Origin: Squalus acanthias
Lineage: Eukaryota
Direction of reading: 5' to 3'
NCBI GenBank assembly: GCA_030390025.1
Contig: CM059438.1
Span: forward strand, 70,682,001-70,746,000
Length of the DNA: 64,000 nucleotides
Shown piece after piece: positions 36,758 to 49,327 of the stretch (position 1 is its first letter; every line of letters begins with the position of its first letter). Made by a program: the position numbers and the translations under genes. The notes beneath the pieces are model-generated. The model did no database searches. It worked only from the letters and a program-made list of their open reading frames with translations, and was not told the DNA's origin.

Positions 36758-39695
36758 TGTGGCAGGGGGTTGGGAACCTGAGCAGGGAGACAGAGGAAAG
36801 CATGTCAGGAAGGGACAGAAGGTATGGAGTAAAAGGTAAAGTGTTAAATAAGGAAAAAGCAGGAAGTAAGTGTCGCAAAACACATTTGAAAGTTCTTTAT
36901 CTGAATGCACGTAGCATTCGTAACAAAATTGACGAGGTAACGGCACAAATAACTATGTATGGGTATGATCTTGTGGCCATTACAGAAACATGGCTGCAGG
37001 GTGACAACGTCTGGGAATTAAATATGCCAGGGTATTTAACAATCAGGAAGGACAGGCAGGAAGGAAGGGGAGGGGGGGTGGCTATGTTAATAAAGGAAGG
37101 AATCACTGTAATACAGAGAAATGATATTGGTTCAAAAGATCAGGATAATGAAACAGTTTGGGTAGTGATAAGGAATAATAAGGGGAAAAAAACACTGGTG
37201 GGCGTAGTATATAGGCCTCCTAATAGTTGCAACTCTGTTGGAAGAAGTATTAATCAGGAAATAGTTGGGGCATGTAATAAGGGAACAGCTATAATTATGG
37301 GGGATTTTAACTATCATATTAACTGGACAAATCAAATTGGGCAGGGCAGCCTTGAGGAAGAGTTTATTGAGTGTCTTAGGGATGGATTTCTTGAGCAGTA
37401 TGTAACTGATCCTACAAGGGGGCAAGCAACCTTGGACCTGGTACTGTGTAATGAGTCTGGATTAATTAATAATGTCCTAGTTAAGGATCCCCTTGGAATG
37501 AGTGACCATAACATGGTTGAATTCCATATCCAATTAGAGGGTGAGAAGGTTGGTTCTCAAACAAGCATACTGAGCTTGAATAAAGGAGACTATGATGGCA
37601 TGAGAGCAGAATTGATTAAAGTGGACTGGGAAAATAGATTAAAGGGTAAGACGGTACATGAGCAGTGGTGCTCATTCAAGGAGTTATTTTACAACTTTCA
37701 AAATAAATATATTCCACTGAGGAAAAAAGGGTGTAGAAGAAATGACAGCCATCCATGGCTAAGTAAAGAAATTAAAGAAAGTATCCAACTAAAAACAAGG
37801 ACATATAAGGTAGCCAAAGTTAGTGGGAGGATAGAAGATTGGGAAGTCTTCAAAAGACAACAAAAAGTAACTAAAGGATTGATTAAGAAAGGGAAAATAG
37901 ACTATGAAAATAAATTAGCAAAAAATATAAAAACAGATAGCAAGAGTTTCTATAGTTATGTAAAAAGAAAAAGGGTGGTTGAGGCAAACGTAGGTCCCTT
38001 AGAGGATGAGACCAGGAAATTAATGGTGGGAAACATGGAGATGGCAAAAATGCTGAACAAATATTTTGTTTCAGTCTTTACGGTAGAGGACACTAAGAAT
38101 ATCCCAACACTGGACAAACAGGGGGCTCTAGTAGGGAAGGAGCTAAATACGATTAAAATCACTAAGGAATTGGTACTCAGTGAAATAATGGGACTCAAGG
38201 CGGATAAATCCCCTGGACCTGATGGCTTACATCCTAGGGTCTTGAGGGAAGTGGCAGTAGGAATTGTGGATGCTTTGGTAATAATTTTCCAAAACTCCCT
38301 GAACTCAGCAAAGGTCCCGGCAGATTGGAAAACTGCTAATGTAACACCCTTATTTAAAAAGGGTTGTAGGCAGAAGGCTGGAAATTATAGACCAGTTAGC
38401 CTAACATCTGTGGTGGGTAAAATTTTGGAGTCTATTATTAAGGAGACAGTAACGGAACATTTAGATAAACATAATTTAATAGGACAAAGTCAGCATGGCT
38501 TTATGAAGGGGAAGTCATGTCTGACAAATTTGCTCGAGTTCTTTGAGGACATAACGTACAGGGTGGATAAAGGGGAACCAGTGGATGTAGTGTATTTAGA
38601 CTTCCAGACGGCATTCGACAAGGTGCCACATAAAAGATTATTACTCAAGATAAAAAATCACTGGATTGGGGGTAATATTCTGGCATGGGTGGAGGATTGG
38701 TTATCTAACAGGAAGCAGAGAGTTGGGATAAATGGTTCATTCTCGGACTGGCAACCAGTAGCCAGTGGTGTTCCGCAGGGGTCAGTGCTGGGTCCCCAAC
38801 TCTTTACAATCTATATTAACGATTTGGAGGAGGGGACCGAGTGTAACATATCAAAGTTTGCAGATGATACAAAGATGGGAGGGAAAGTAGAGAGTGAGGA
38901 GGGCATAAAAAACCTACAAGGGGATATAGATAGGCTGGGTGAGTGGGCAGAGATTTGGCAGATGCAATACAATATTGGAAAATGTGAGGTTATGCACATT
39001 GGCAGGATAAATCAGAAAGCAAGTTATTATCTTAATGGCGAGAAACTGGAAAGTACTGCAGTACAAAGGGATCTGGGGGTCTTGGTGCAAGAAAATCAAA
39101 AAGTTAGTATGCAGGTGCAGCAGGTGATCAAGAAAGCCAATGGAATGTTGGCTTTTATTGCTAGGGGGATAGAATATAAAAACAGGGAGGTATTGCTGCA
39201 GTTGTATAGGGTATTGGTGAGACCGCACCTGGAGTACTGCATACAGTTTTGGTGTCCATACTTAAGAAAAGACATACTTGCTCTCGAGGCAGTACAAAGA
39301 AGGTTCACTCGGTTAATTCCGGGATGAGGGGGTGGACATACGAGGAGAGGTTGAGTAGATTGGGACTCTACTCATTGGAGTTCAGAAGAATGAGAGGCGA
39401 TCTTATTGAAACATATAAGATTGTGAAGGGGCTTGATCGGGTGGACGCGGTGAGGATGTTCCCAATGATGGGTGAAACTAGAACTAGGGGACATAATCTT
39501 AGAATAAGGGGCTCCTCTTTCAAAACTGAGATGAGGAGAAACTTTTTCACTCAGAGGGTAGTGGGTCTGTGGAATTTGCTACCCCAGGAAGCTGTGGAAG
39601 CTACTTCATTAAATAAATTGAAAACAGAAATAGACCGTTTCCTAGAAGTAAAGGGAATCAGGGGTTACGGGGAGCGGGCTGGAAATTGGACATGA
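36757..39695 (+). pseudogene. CR1 ORF2 (AP endonuclease plus reverse transcriptase), single frameshift near 39322
   Basis: YLNARSI, ITETW, GGGV, YRPP, GDFN, SDH, QHGF, PQGSVLGP and FADD motifs; the C-terminus is in the 39249..39695 frame. Confidence 0.95.
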
Positions 39696-40209
39696 GTTTG
39701 AGTTCGGATCGGTCAAGGCCCTGTGGGTGGCGGAGCGGGCCCAGGGGCCGAGTGGCCTGGTCCTGCTCCTACTTCTTGTGTTCTTTAGAGTTGAGGTTGG
39801 ATCAGATCAGTCATGATCTCATGGAATGGCGGAGCAGGCTCGAGGGGCCGATTGGTCTACTCCTGCTCCTATTTCTTATGTTCTTATGTTCTTATGTTAT
39901 GGTGGGAGGTCGGGGAACCCCCGCAGCCATTCTACCCCAAAGTATTTTTCTTCTTTTCTGCTTTGGCCATCCCAACGTTAAATTCTTTCAGGTCGGGTGA
40001 AATGATGGTTTCGAAGCAAAATAGCGCTTCTATCTGGCAGACTGGCTTGGTGAAATCTTTTGGCTGACGACCTTTGAACCATGCTGGTTGTGAACCTTTA
40101 TGTGAGACACGTGCTAAAAGTTTTATCTGTGGTGGGTTTTTTGCGAAACTCGTATTTTTGTTGACTTCCATGCATTGCTTGATGAATGTGTGTGCACAGA
40201 ACCGTACAC

Positions 40210-40805
40210 CTATAGAAGTTTACAGCACATAAGAAAACCATTTGGCCCAACATGTCTGTGCCATTTCTTTGGTAGATCAATCTAAGAGTAATCCCACTGC
40301 CCTGTTCTCTCCCCATAGCACCTTTGACTTCCTCTGCTGCAATAGTTTTTCCATTTTTTCCTTAAAAGATGCAATGGTCTCTGCTTTAGTGACTTCCTGT
40401 GACAAAGCTTTCCAACCTCTAACAATTCTGTGTGAAGAAATTTCTCCTCCCCTTATTGACAATTTACAATCAATGATCCCTTGTCACTGATTCCCAACCC
40501 AATGGAAATAGTCTTTCCTTACAGTGTTCACCATATCAAACCCTTCATAATTTTAAAGCATCCATTGTATCTGCTCTTCATCTTCCCTGCTTCATAATTC
40601 TAGTATCTCAGGCTTCCCCTCATAACTGTAGTTTCTCATCGCCAGTATGATTCTGGTGAATCTACCCTGTGTGGTCTCTATTGCTTTGCTGCCCTTTCTA
40701 TGATGGGGCTCCTAAAACTGCGCACAGTACTCTAACTGTGGGTCAACCATTGTCTTGTTCAAATTAGTCATTACCTCTGTGATCTTGTACTCTATGCATC
40801 ATTTA
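40210..40805 (-). mobile_element. Old CR1 3' fragment
   Basis: RG..FS.RIVRGWKALSQEVTKAETIASFKEK resembles the CR1 C-terminus. Confidence 0.7.
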
Positions 40806-41679
40806 TAAAACTAAAATTTAAACATTTTAAAAGTGCCCTCCCTCAAGCCAATACTCTCTACCACTTATAATTAATAAATCTTTCTCACAAGATATATATA
40901 TTATGACTAAAATTAAGGTTTTCTCCACTTGTTTCATGATGTGCATTCGAGCCAGTCTGTATATACATTGAAGTCGTCATGATGACATCACAGCACAGCT
41001 ATTAGCTGTCAAACAGCATCAATCATTCTTCCATAGTATGTAGCATAAAATAAAGTAATTGGCCCGGATTTTACAGTCAGCAGCAAACTACACTTACACT
41101 TGCCCACAGACTTTCTGTGGGCTTTTGCACTGCAACTTGCGGTAATTAGAGAATCAGTACAGCGCAGTGCCCTCTATAGCGGATATGGGACCTGTGTAAA
41201 CAGGCCAAGCCGCGGTGTGTCTCCTTAACCAATCAGATTGAAGAACCCTTACCGAGACATGCAACGTCTAAACCAGGAAGTGTAAGTTAGAATATTTAAT
41301 TCAATGCCAAATCGTGTACAGGAAGCGAAATAAAGGGAGGGAAAGAAAGATGGGATTAAGAGAGAGAGAGATAAAAGAGACAGAAAGAAAAAGTAAAAAA
41401 AAGTATTTTCATTTTTTTATTTTTTTAAATCTCCAACATTAATTAAAATCTGAAGGAATGAGACTCCAAACTTTTAAAAGTAAATTTTCAGTGCCAGCGA
41501 GGTTGTTTGGCAGTAATTAAGACATAATTACACTGTTAAAAGTTCACTTACACTTGAATGGACAAGTCCTAACTTTTACTACAAAAGTAAAATACTGCGG
41601 ATGCTGGATATCTGAAATAAAAACAGAAAGTGCTGGAAATACTCAGCAGATCAGGCAGCATCTGTAGAGAGAGAAACAG

Positions 41680-41716
41680 AGTTAATGTTTCAAGGCGATG
41701 ACCCTTCATCAGAACT
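41680..41716 (-). ncRNA. Minimal hammerhead ribozyme motif (PLE family 1), partly decayed stems
   Basis: AGTT-CTGATGA-AGGGTCATCGCCTT-GAAA-CAT-T-AACT. Confidence 0.6.
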
Positions 41717-44026
41717 GGAAAAATGTTGGAGATGTAACAGGTTTTTAAGCAAGTGTAGGGGCAGGGGGAGGGGAGGGGGGAGGGGAGGGGAGGGGAGGGA
41801 AGAACAAAAGGGAAGGTCTGTGATAGGATGGAAGGTAGGAGAGATTAAGAGACAAAAGGGAGGAAGGTGCAAGGCAAAAGGAGATGGTAATGGGACAAGT
41901 TAAGAAACAAAAGATGACTCTAGATGAAGTGTAAATGGGAATGGCAGAATCATCAACAGCTGCCATGTGAGAGAGAGAAAAAAATGATTGGGGCAGAGGT
42001 TATGGTCTGAAATTGTTGAACTCGATGTTGAGTCCAGAAGGCTGTAAAGTGCCTAATCAAAAGATGCGGTGCTGTTCCTCGAGCTTACGTTGAGCTTCAT
42101 TGGAACAGTGTAAGAGGCCGAGGACAGAGAGGTCAGAGTGGGAGTGGAGCGGAGAATTAAACTGACAGGCGACCGGAAGCTTGGGATCACCCTTACGGAC
42201 TGAACGGAGGTGTTCCGCAAAGCGGTCACCCAATCTGCGTTTGGTCTCCCCAATGTAGAAGAGACCGCATCGTGAGCAGCGAATACAGTATACTAAATTG
42301 CAAGAAGTACAAGTAAATCGCTGTTTCACCTGGAAGGAGTGTTTGGGGCCCAGGACAGTGGGAAGGGAGGAGGTAACAGGGCAGCTGTTGCATCTCCTGC
42401 GTTTGCATGGGAAGGTGCCGGGCGAAGGGGAAGGGGTGTTGGGGGTGATTGAGGAGTAGACCAGGGTGTCGCAGAGGGAGCAGTCCCTTCAGAATGCTGA
42501 AAGGGGAGGTGAGGGGAAGATGTGTTTGGTGGTGGGATCACGCTGAAGGTGGCAGAAATGGCGGAGGATGATCCGTTGAATGTGGAGGCTGGTGGGGTGA
42601 AAGGTGAGGACAAGGGGAACTCTGTCGTGGTTCCGGGAGGGAGGGGAAGAGGTGAAAGCAGAAGTGCGGGAAATAGAACGGACACGGTCAAGAGCCGTGT
42701 CAACCATGGTGGAGGGGAATCCTCGGTTGAGGAAAAAGGAAGACATGTCAGAAGCACTGGTATGGAAGGTGGCATCATCAGAGCAGATGCGGCGGAGACG
42801 GAGAAACTGGGAGAATGGAATAGAGTCCTTACAGGAAGCGGGGTGGGAAGAAGTGTAGTCCAGGTAGCTGTGGGAGTCAGTAGGCTTATAGTGAATGTTT
42901 GTCAATAGCCTATCCCCAGAGATGGAGACAGAGAAGTTGAGGAAGGGAAGGGAAGAATCTGAGATGGACCATGTCAAGGTGAGGGAAGGGTGGAAATTGG
43001 AAAAAGTGAATGAAATTTTTTAGTTCAGGGCGAGAGCAGGAAACGGCACCGATACAGTCATCAATGTACCGGAAAAAGAGGTGAGGGAGGGGACCTGAGT
43101 AGGACTGGAACAAAGAATGTTCCTCATATCCCACGAAAAGGCAGGCATAGCTAGGACCCATGTGGTTTCCTACAGCAAAACCTTTAATCTGAAGGAAGTG
43201 AGTGGAGTCAAAGGAGAAGTTGTTCAATGTGAGAACAAGTTCAGCCAGGTGAAGGAGGGTGGTGGTGGATGGGGACTGGTGGGGCCTCTGTTCAAGGAAG
43301 AAGCAGAGCGCCCTCAGGCCATCCTGGTGGGGGATGGAGGTGTAGAGGGATTGTACGTCCATGGTGAAAAGGAGACGGTTGGGGCCTGGAAACTGGAAAC
43401 TGTTAAAGTGGCGGAGGGCGTTGGAAAAGTCGCGGATGTAGGTGGGAAGAGACTGGACAAGGGGAGGCTGTATACTCTATTCGCTGCTCACGATGCGGTC
43501 TCCTCTACATTGGGGAGACCAAACGCAGGTTGGGTGACCGCTTTGCGGAACACCTCCGTTCAGTCTGTAAGGGTGACCCCGAGCTCCCGGTCACCTGTCA
43601 CTTTATTTTCCGCTCCACTCCCACTCTGACCTCACCATCCTCGGCCTCTTACACTGTTCCAATGAAGCTCAACGTAAGCTCAAGGAACAGCACCTCATCT
43701 TTCGATTAGGCACTTTACAGCCTTCTGGACTCAACATCAAGTTCAACAATTTCAGACCATAACCTCTGCCCCTATCTTTTTTTCTTCTCTCTCTCACATG
43801 GCAGCTGTCGATCATTCTGCCATTGCCATTTACACTTCGTCTAGAGTCATCTTTTGTTTCTTAACTTGTCCCATTACCATCTCCTTTTGCCTTGCACCAT
43901 CATCCCTTTTGTCTCTTAATCTCTCCCACCTTCCATCCACCTTCCCTTTTGTTCTTCCCTCCCCTTCCCCCCTCCCCCTGCCCCTACACTTGCTTAAAAA
44001 CCTGTTACATCTCCAACATTTTATCC

Positions 44027-44063
44027 AGTTCGGACGAAGTGTCATCGCCTTGAAACGTTAACT
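44027..44063 (+). ncRNA. Hammerhead motif copy with a core mutation (CGGACGA), probably inactive
   Basis: AGTT-CGGACGA-AGTGTCATCGCCTT-GAAA-CGT-T-AACT. Confidence 0.5.
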
Positions 44064-44544
44064 CTGTTTCTCTCTCCATAGATGCTGCCTGACCTGCTGA
44101 GTATTTCCAGCATTTTCTGTTTTTATTCCTAACTTTTACTGGCATGTTTAGTGGGTATTTATCACATAAGTACAGCAACTTCACGCCCTTCATGTGTTTG
44201 AATGCTGAATATCTCGGCGAGGTACTGGTATAGTGCAGCTTTTGGAGGAGCAGGGCAACTCAGATACACTCATTTAACTGCGCATGTGTGGACGCCAGAA
44301 GTTGCTATCCGATTTACTCCTTAATAACGGTGAGCGCTGATAGCTTCACCATTAGTCTTACTGCAAAATCCAGGCTATCATGTTGTCTGAATCCTTAAGA
44401 AAGTAACTTTTGAACAACCTCATAAAAACAGTCAATTTGTGGTATAAATAAGATGCACATCAGGACTCAGTGTTTTATGGAAAAGTTTAACCACTCACCA
44501 AATCAGCATGACATAACTCTTGCATGCTTTGCATTTATGAGTTT

Positions 44545-45085
44545 CTCCTACCTCCTTTTCTCTCCCTCACTCTCCTGAAGTTGTTGGCTCGTGTTGGGGT
44601 AAAGTTCCATGGCTGCAGTCTGCCCTCTGGTAGCCCAACCAAGGTGAACACTCTTCACATATGTGTCTCAAAATTATGGGTGGATTTTCAACTTGCCGCC
44701 CTGACGTAAACCCGGCGTTGCTCATTGGCAACCTCTTACCGAAAACACCCGATTTTCATTTCCATTAATTTCAGTGGAGATGAAGACCGGACGGTTTCTG
44801 TAACAGGCAGGTGATCCACAAGGTCAGGTTTACGCCCTTGACAGCAAGTTCAAAATCTATCCCTATGTGTTTGCAAATTATCCATCTGTGGGCAGCACCA
44901 CACATCTGAGCCTGATCCTGTCCTTGCCTGACGCCCACATACGGAGATTTTCCAGTAAAACCTACTGGGAGTGGTAAGGAGTGGGGACCTGGGATGATTT
45001 TTCCCTTCCTAGTCAACTGATGTATCCTGACCGGCATCACAGCTGAGATCAGGTAACTCAGGACAGATTGGAAATTGAACCAGAT
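44545..45085 (-). mobile_element. SINE family B copy, interrupted by a MITE
   Basis: GAGCCTGATCCTGTCC and GAGATCAGGTAACTCAG blocks. Confidence 0.55.
44678..44863. mobile_element. Small Harbinger-type MITE
   Basis: TIRs GGGTGGATTTTCAACTTG / CAAGTTCAAAATCTATCCC, with TAT on both sides. Confidence 0.7.
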
Positions 45086-45100
45086 TGGTGCATCAAAGAA

Positions 45101-45211
45101 AACAAGAACTTGCTTTTCTATAGCCCCTTTCATTGCCTCAGGTCATCCCAAAGCGCTTTACAGCCAATGAAGTACTTTTGAAGTGTAGTCACTGTTGTAA
45201 GGTAGGAAACA
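45101..45211 (-). mobile_element. Deu-SINE 3' fragment
   Basis: CCCAAAGCGCTTTACAGCCAATGAAGTACTTTTGAAGTGTAGTCAC. Confidence 0.75.
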
Positions 45212-46907
45212 CTAAACACTCCTAATCAGTAGTTAAATGCAAATAAGTACACTTCCAGCTTGGGTCCTGCCCTGAGACTCTCACCTTGAAGCCACCTATC
45301 TCAAAGTTCCATTAATCCACTGATGGCTAATTCCAGGAATTGGCCTGTACGATTGTGCATTTACCCGCTTGTCCATTGCAGGCACTCAAATGCATGAATT
45401 ATACACTGCTATGTTTCAGTAAACCATTAAATCCCATTGTCTGTCTTGTATGTATCCTGCACACTGTAAGTATTTGATTTGCATGGGCCTGTCTTGACAC
45501 GGTGTATTTCAATGATAATGATGTACAAGAGGTTTAATTCATTTCTGTTTCCTATATAGTATTTTTGCACCGTACGAGTGTTAACTTAAGTATTGCTACA
45601 CATGTCTTATATGTGATGAAGCAGCCAAGCTGTTCTCAATGCATTGGAGGAAGTATTCGATACTGCAAAAATGTGCTGCTAGGCGACATCTTCTAACCTG
45701 TGCTTATTAACCTTGACAACATCTTTCACTATGGGACTCAGCCCTTTTCCATTTCTGAATAACAAAGAGAAATCAGAAATTATTATTAGTAGGTGAAGAA
45801 AAAAATGATGGGTTTGGCTACTTTCTCTTTTAAATTATTGAACATTCAAGCTCCCCATATCTGCAGATTCCAGCGCTGTAGACTTCTTACAAGATGGTAG
45901 TATCTGGAACTGCACAGAATGAGGCAATATATACAGGACGGAAAGTCCATGAGAAAGAACCCGTTATCAGAGCTATGAAGCACTGTAGCCATTTAACCAG
46001 CGCTTTGCCCATATTCTCTTGTACATGGAATCCACAACCATTATTATTCATAAGTACATCAGTTGTTGTGCCAGTCCAGCCAAAGGGCTCAGTGTATTGG
46101 CTGTGTTCTGATTAACTCTGATGTTTATCCGTTCATCAGAAGACCTTGGAGCATTGATTCGGCTCCAAACTCCGAACTGAGCTATAATACACAGCTACAC
46201 AAGCAGACAGCCTGGCAGCAGAATTCTGTCAATGGGCCATTGCATGAGATTTACATTTTTAGACTATTCCCTGTGTGACTGCAGTTGTTCAGAATCCCAG
46301 TCCATACCAAGAATGAAATATATATTCACGCTAATAATTCACTGATGTGGAATTTACAGCTGAAAGTTTGAAAGGGCTCTTAAGGCTAATAAGGTTAGAT
46401 TATGCCGATCATCTGGAGCCTGATTTAAATGCAAAGTTTTGCGATAGCCAAAATGGTTGAATGAAGTTTAAGTAATGAAATGTAGCTTGGGGAATCAGAC
46501 TCCACCCCAGCTTTAGTATGTATATAAAGGGATGGAGTGGTCAATGAGTTCATCTCTTAATGCAGTATTGAATGGACTACTTTGGAGTGACATACAAACT
46601 GAATTCACCAAGGTAATCTGAATTGAGTCATGTTGGATCAGTTTGTAAAAAAACATTTTTGGATCTTTTGGGGGTCAGGGTGGTCGTAGTATACATTGTA
46701 TGGTTAGAGATGCAATGGCTGACTTGTCATGTCCTGAAGTAACATATATTAGAAGCTTTATCATCCCTAACGTCAAATGCGAATGCAAGTATTGCTCACT
46801 TGCTATGTTTGTGACTTAAAGAGTAATTGGTCATAAATTATTCAGTGAACATTTATTTTATTGTTCTTATAAGCTATTTTTTAAATTAAGAAATATATAT
46901 ATAGGAA

Positions 46908-47100
46908 GAGGGTCCTATATGGTGTAGTGGGTCAACAGGGTGTTCTTTCATTTCTGGAACTTGGCTTTGAAATTAGTCCAAACTGATGGGACGATAGATC
47001 TCTCTGCAGATATTAAGGTTCTAACTGAATGATTCAAGCTTCAATACTAATAGGCATGAATTTGATAGATGCCTTTTGATTGGCCACAAGAGTGGGCATT
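46908..47100 (+). mobile_element. Ancient tRNA-derived SINE, possibly LF-SINE-related
   Basis: A-box-like TGGTGTAGTGGG followed by CTTTCATTTCTGG; resemblance from memory only. Confidence 0.35.
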
Positions 47101-47556
47101 ATGAGAAAAGGAAAGTTCACACTTGTGTAGCAGTGTGTGTCCTTTTTCTGTGGCTGGGATCAAGCACACTGTTGAAGCAAAATACAGGAAGGTTTCACTA
47201 TATCCAGGTCCACATTTTCATCTTTTTAGAAAAATCATATTTTACATGCAAAATGTGGATGTAAATAACATTCAAAATAAGAAGTCTATTCTTTTGCCTG
47301 TTTTCCTCCTGTTGGTTTTATGATCACCAAATCCTTTAAATGCATCTGGCAGAAAATGACAAATCAAGACACAACTGTCACTGTGCTGGCTTCGCATTTC
47401 TCAAGTACCTCGAGTACACTGCATAATATACAGAATTCCAGGAGTGGAGTCAGCAACACGCAAGGAAATGTTAGTGCTTTCAGGAAATTTTCATACATAC
47501 CAGTTGACTGGGACATGTAAATGTATGTTCATTCACTTAAATATGTGTAACCGACA

Positions 47557-47880
47557 CCTTAACCTTGCTACCAGTCCTCACCCTAACCCTGCTACCAGTC
47601 CTCACCCTAACCCTGCTACCAGTCCTCACCCTAACCCTACTACCAGTCCTCACCCTAACCCTGCTACCAGTCCTCACCCTAACCCTGCTACCAGTCCTCA
47701 CCCTAACCCTGCTACCAGTCCTCACCCTAACCCTACTACCAGTCCTCATCCTAACCCTGCTACTAGACCTCACCCTAACCCTACTACCAGTCCTCACCCT
47801 AACCCTACTACCAGTCCTCATCCTAACCCTGCTACTAGACCTCACCTTAACCCTGCTACCAGTCCTCATCCTAGCCCTCT
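47557..47880. repeat. 24-bp minisatellite (CCCTAACCCTGCTACCAGTCCTCA), about 13.5 copies
   Basis: Directly visible tandem array containing CCCTAACCC. Confidence 0.97.
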
Positions 47881-49327
47881 AACCAGTTCTACTGTTAGGC
47901 CTCAGCTCAACTCCAATGACAATCCTCAAGCAATGTCCAATGAAAGCCTTCCACCAACTCCACATAACAACCCTCAACTAATCCTAAGACAGTCATCAGC
48001 AGAGTCCCAATGTCAGCTCACACACTGAAATGAATAATCTCTGTGCAGGTCATTCATTGATCTTATTTAATCCTCTCTTCTGATATGTATAAATAACTTC
48101 CTTCTCTCCATATTAAAAATGACTGGCTTGTCAGTGAACTTACAGCTGAGAAGGCAGTTATTCTTAGATGGAGAGGATGGACACGAGTGCAGAATGTATT
48201 TGTTTCAATAATGTATGAATGTAAAGTCCCACACACCAAAATGAAATAGCTGACAAGCAGTAACTTCATTCCATTGTGTGGGCTGTCAGATTCCATCGAG
48301 GGCTATTGAAGGAGTGGGTAGAAGTTCCATTGACTGCTATTGGCGTTGGTTTCTATTGAAGCCTGTCATGGGGGATTTCTTGTGGGAGTTCATGAGGGGT
48401 TGAGCTGAAGGCAAATAGGACAGATAGGCTGAAGGTTGTCACAAATCAACAGCGTTGTGCTGAATCTGTCACAATCTGTACATCCTTTGCCAAAGTGGCA
48501 GCTGGTCTCAAAGGTGCACTAAAAATAAAATTTGGTAATATTGTGCTCTGAGGAATTCAGGACAACTCGGAAAGAATTTTCCTTCAATAAATCCAGGCCA
48601 TCATTAGCATTAACAAGCCCTTAAAATGGTTCTTTACCTTTTTTGCCTTTCAGCCCTTGGAGGAACTGTACCCGTTCCTCAGCTGTTAGCACAATACAAC
48701 ATTTTCATCAACAAGTCTCCCGAGGAACATAGAGGCCTGCTGTGTCTGGGATGGGAAAATTTGATGCTGACACTGGCTGTTCAGAGAAGAATTCATTAAC
48801 ATTGACACACCTCACAAAGGGAATCACAAAAATATTATTATAAATGAGTAATTTTTCTTGGTTTAATTCTGTCATGGGACAGGCTGTCTCTTACAGAAGG
48901 ATTCTGCCCACTACCAGTAAGTCTATCGTTCTAAATTTAAACTCCATTTCAAAACTATGTGGTTATGTAGTCGGCGGCTCAGCCAGTTTCAGAAATCAGA
49001 CTTTTAAAACAATAATTAATTTTTACTTACAAATCATTGAATTGGATATGGCAGTTGGGAATAAAGAATTGAAAGCCGTGCTTTATCCCCCTCTAGTTTT
49101 AAACCACCACTGATATGCACAAGCTTTTGAGTTCATTATTGGTGAATCATCCAAGCATTGTGGGTGAGTTTATTTTCCCATGTGCTGCTGGGCTTTAGTG
49201 ACTATGATGAGTTTTTACAGGTTGACATGATTGACCAATCTTGGCATTTCATTAGCTGGAAAGCTGGCTATTAAGCTTCAAGTTAAGTTTATACATTAAC
49301 TTGACTACTCAATTGCCCTCAACTCAT

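Larger units (their letters stand above)
35893..39897 (+). mobile_element. Young, near-complete CR1 LINE (5'-truncated in ORF1)
   Basis: ORF1, ORF2, a duplicated 3' stem-loop and a (TTCTTATG)3 tail. Confidence 0.98.
41581..44126 (-). mobile_element. Penelope-like element family 1: RT+GIY-YIG on the minus strand (to about 43467) plus an inverted 3' copy on the plus strand (about 43468-44126)
   Basis: MDVQSLYTSIP, MGPSYA, RYIDD, YKPTD and VYCIRC..YIGET.R..EHL motifs. TSD TCCTAACTTTTACT at 41567-41580 and 44127-44140. Confidence 0.95.
41061..44376. mobile_element. Harbinger-type MITE, family C copy 2, interrupted by a Penelope insertion
   Basis: Ends GGCCCGGATTTT / AAAATCCAGGCT; both halves match 15646-16414. 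Confidence 0.75.

Noticed and set aside
36757..39327. RT as part of a retron, DGR or other novel RT system
   Set aside because: APE+RT architecture, an esterase ORF1 and the 3' tail identify an ordinary CR1 LINE.
47557..47880. CRISPR-like array
   Set aside because: Units are contiguous with no unique spacers, there are no cas genes, and the context is eukaryotic.
47444..48028. 194-aa proline-rich ORF with (PHPNPATS)n
   Set aside because: It is open only because the 24-bp minisatellite lacks stops; other frames and the opposite strand are also open.
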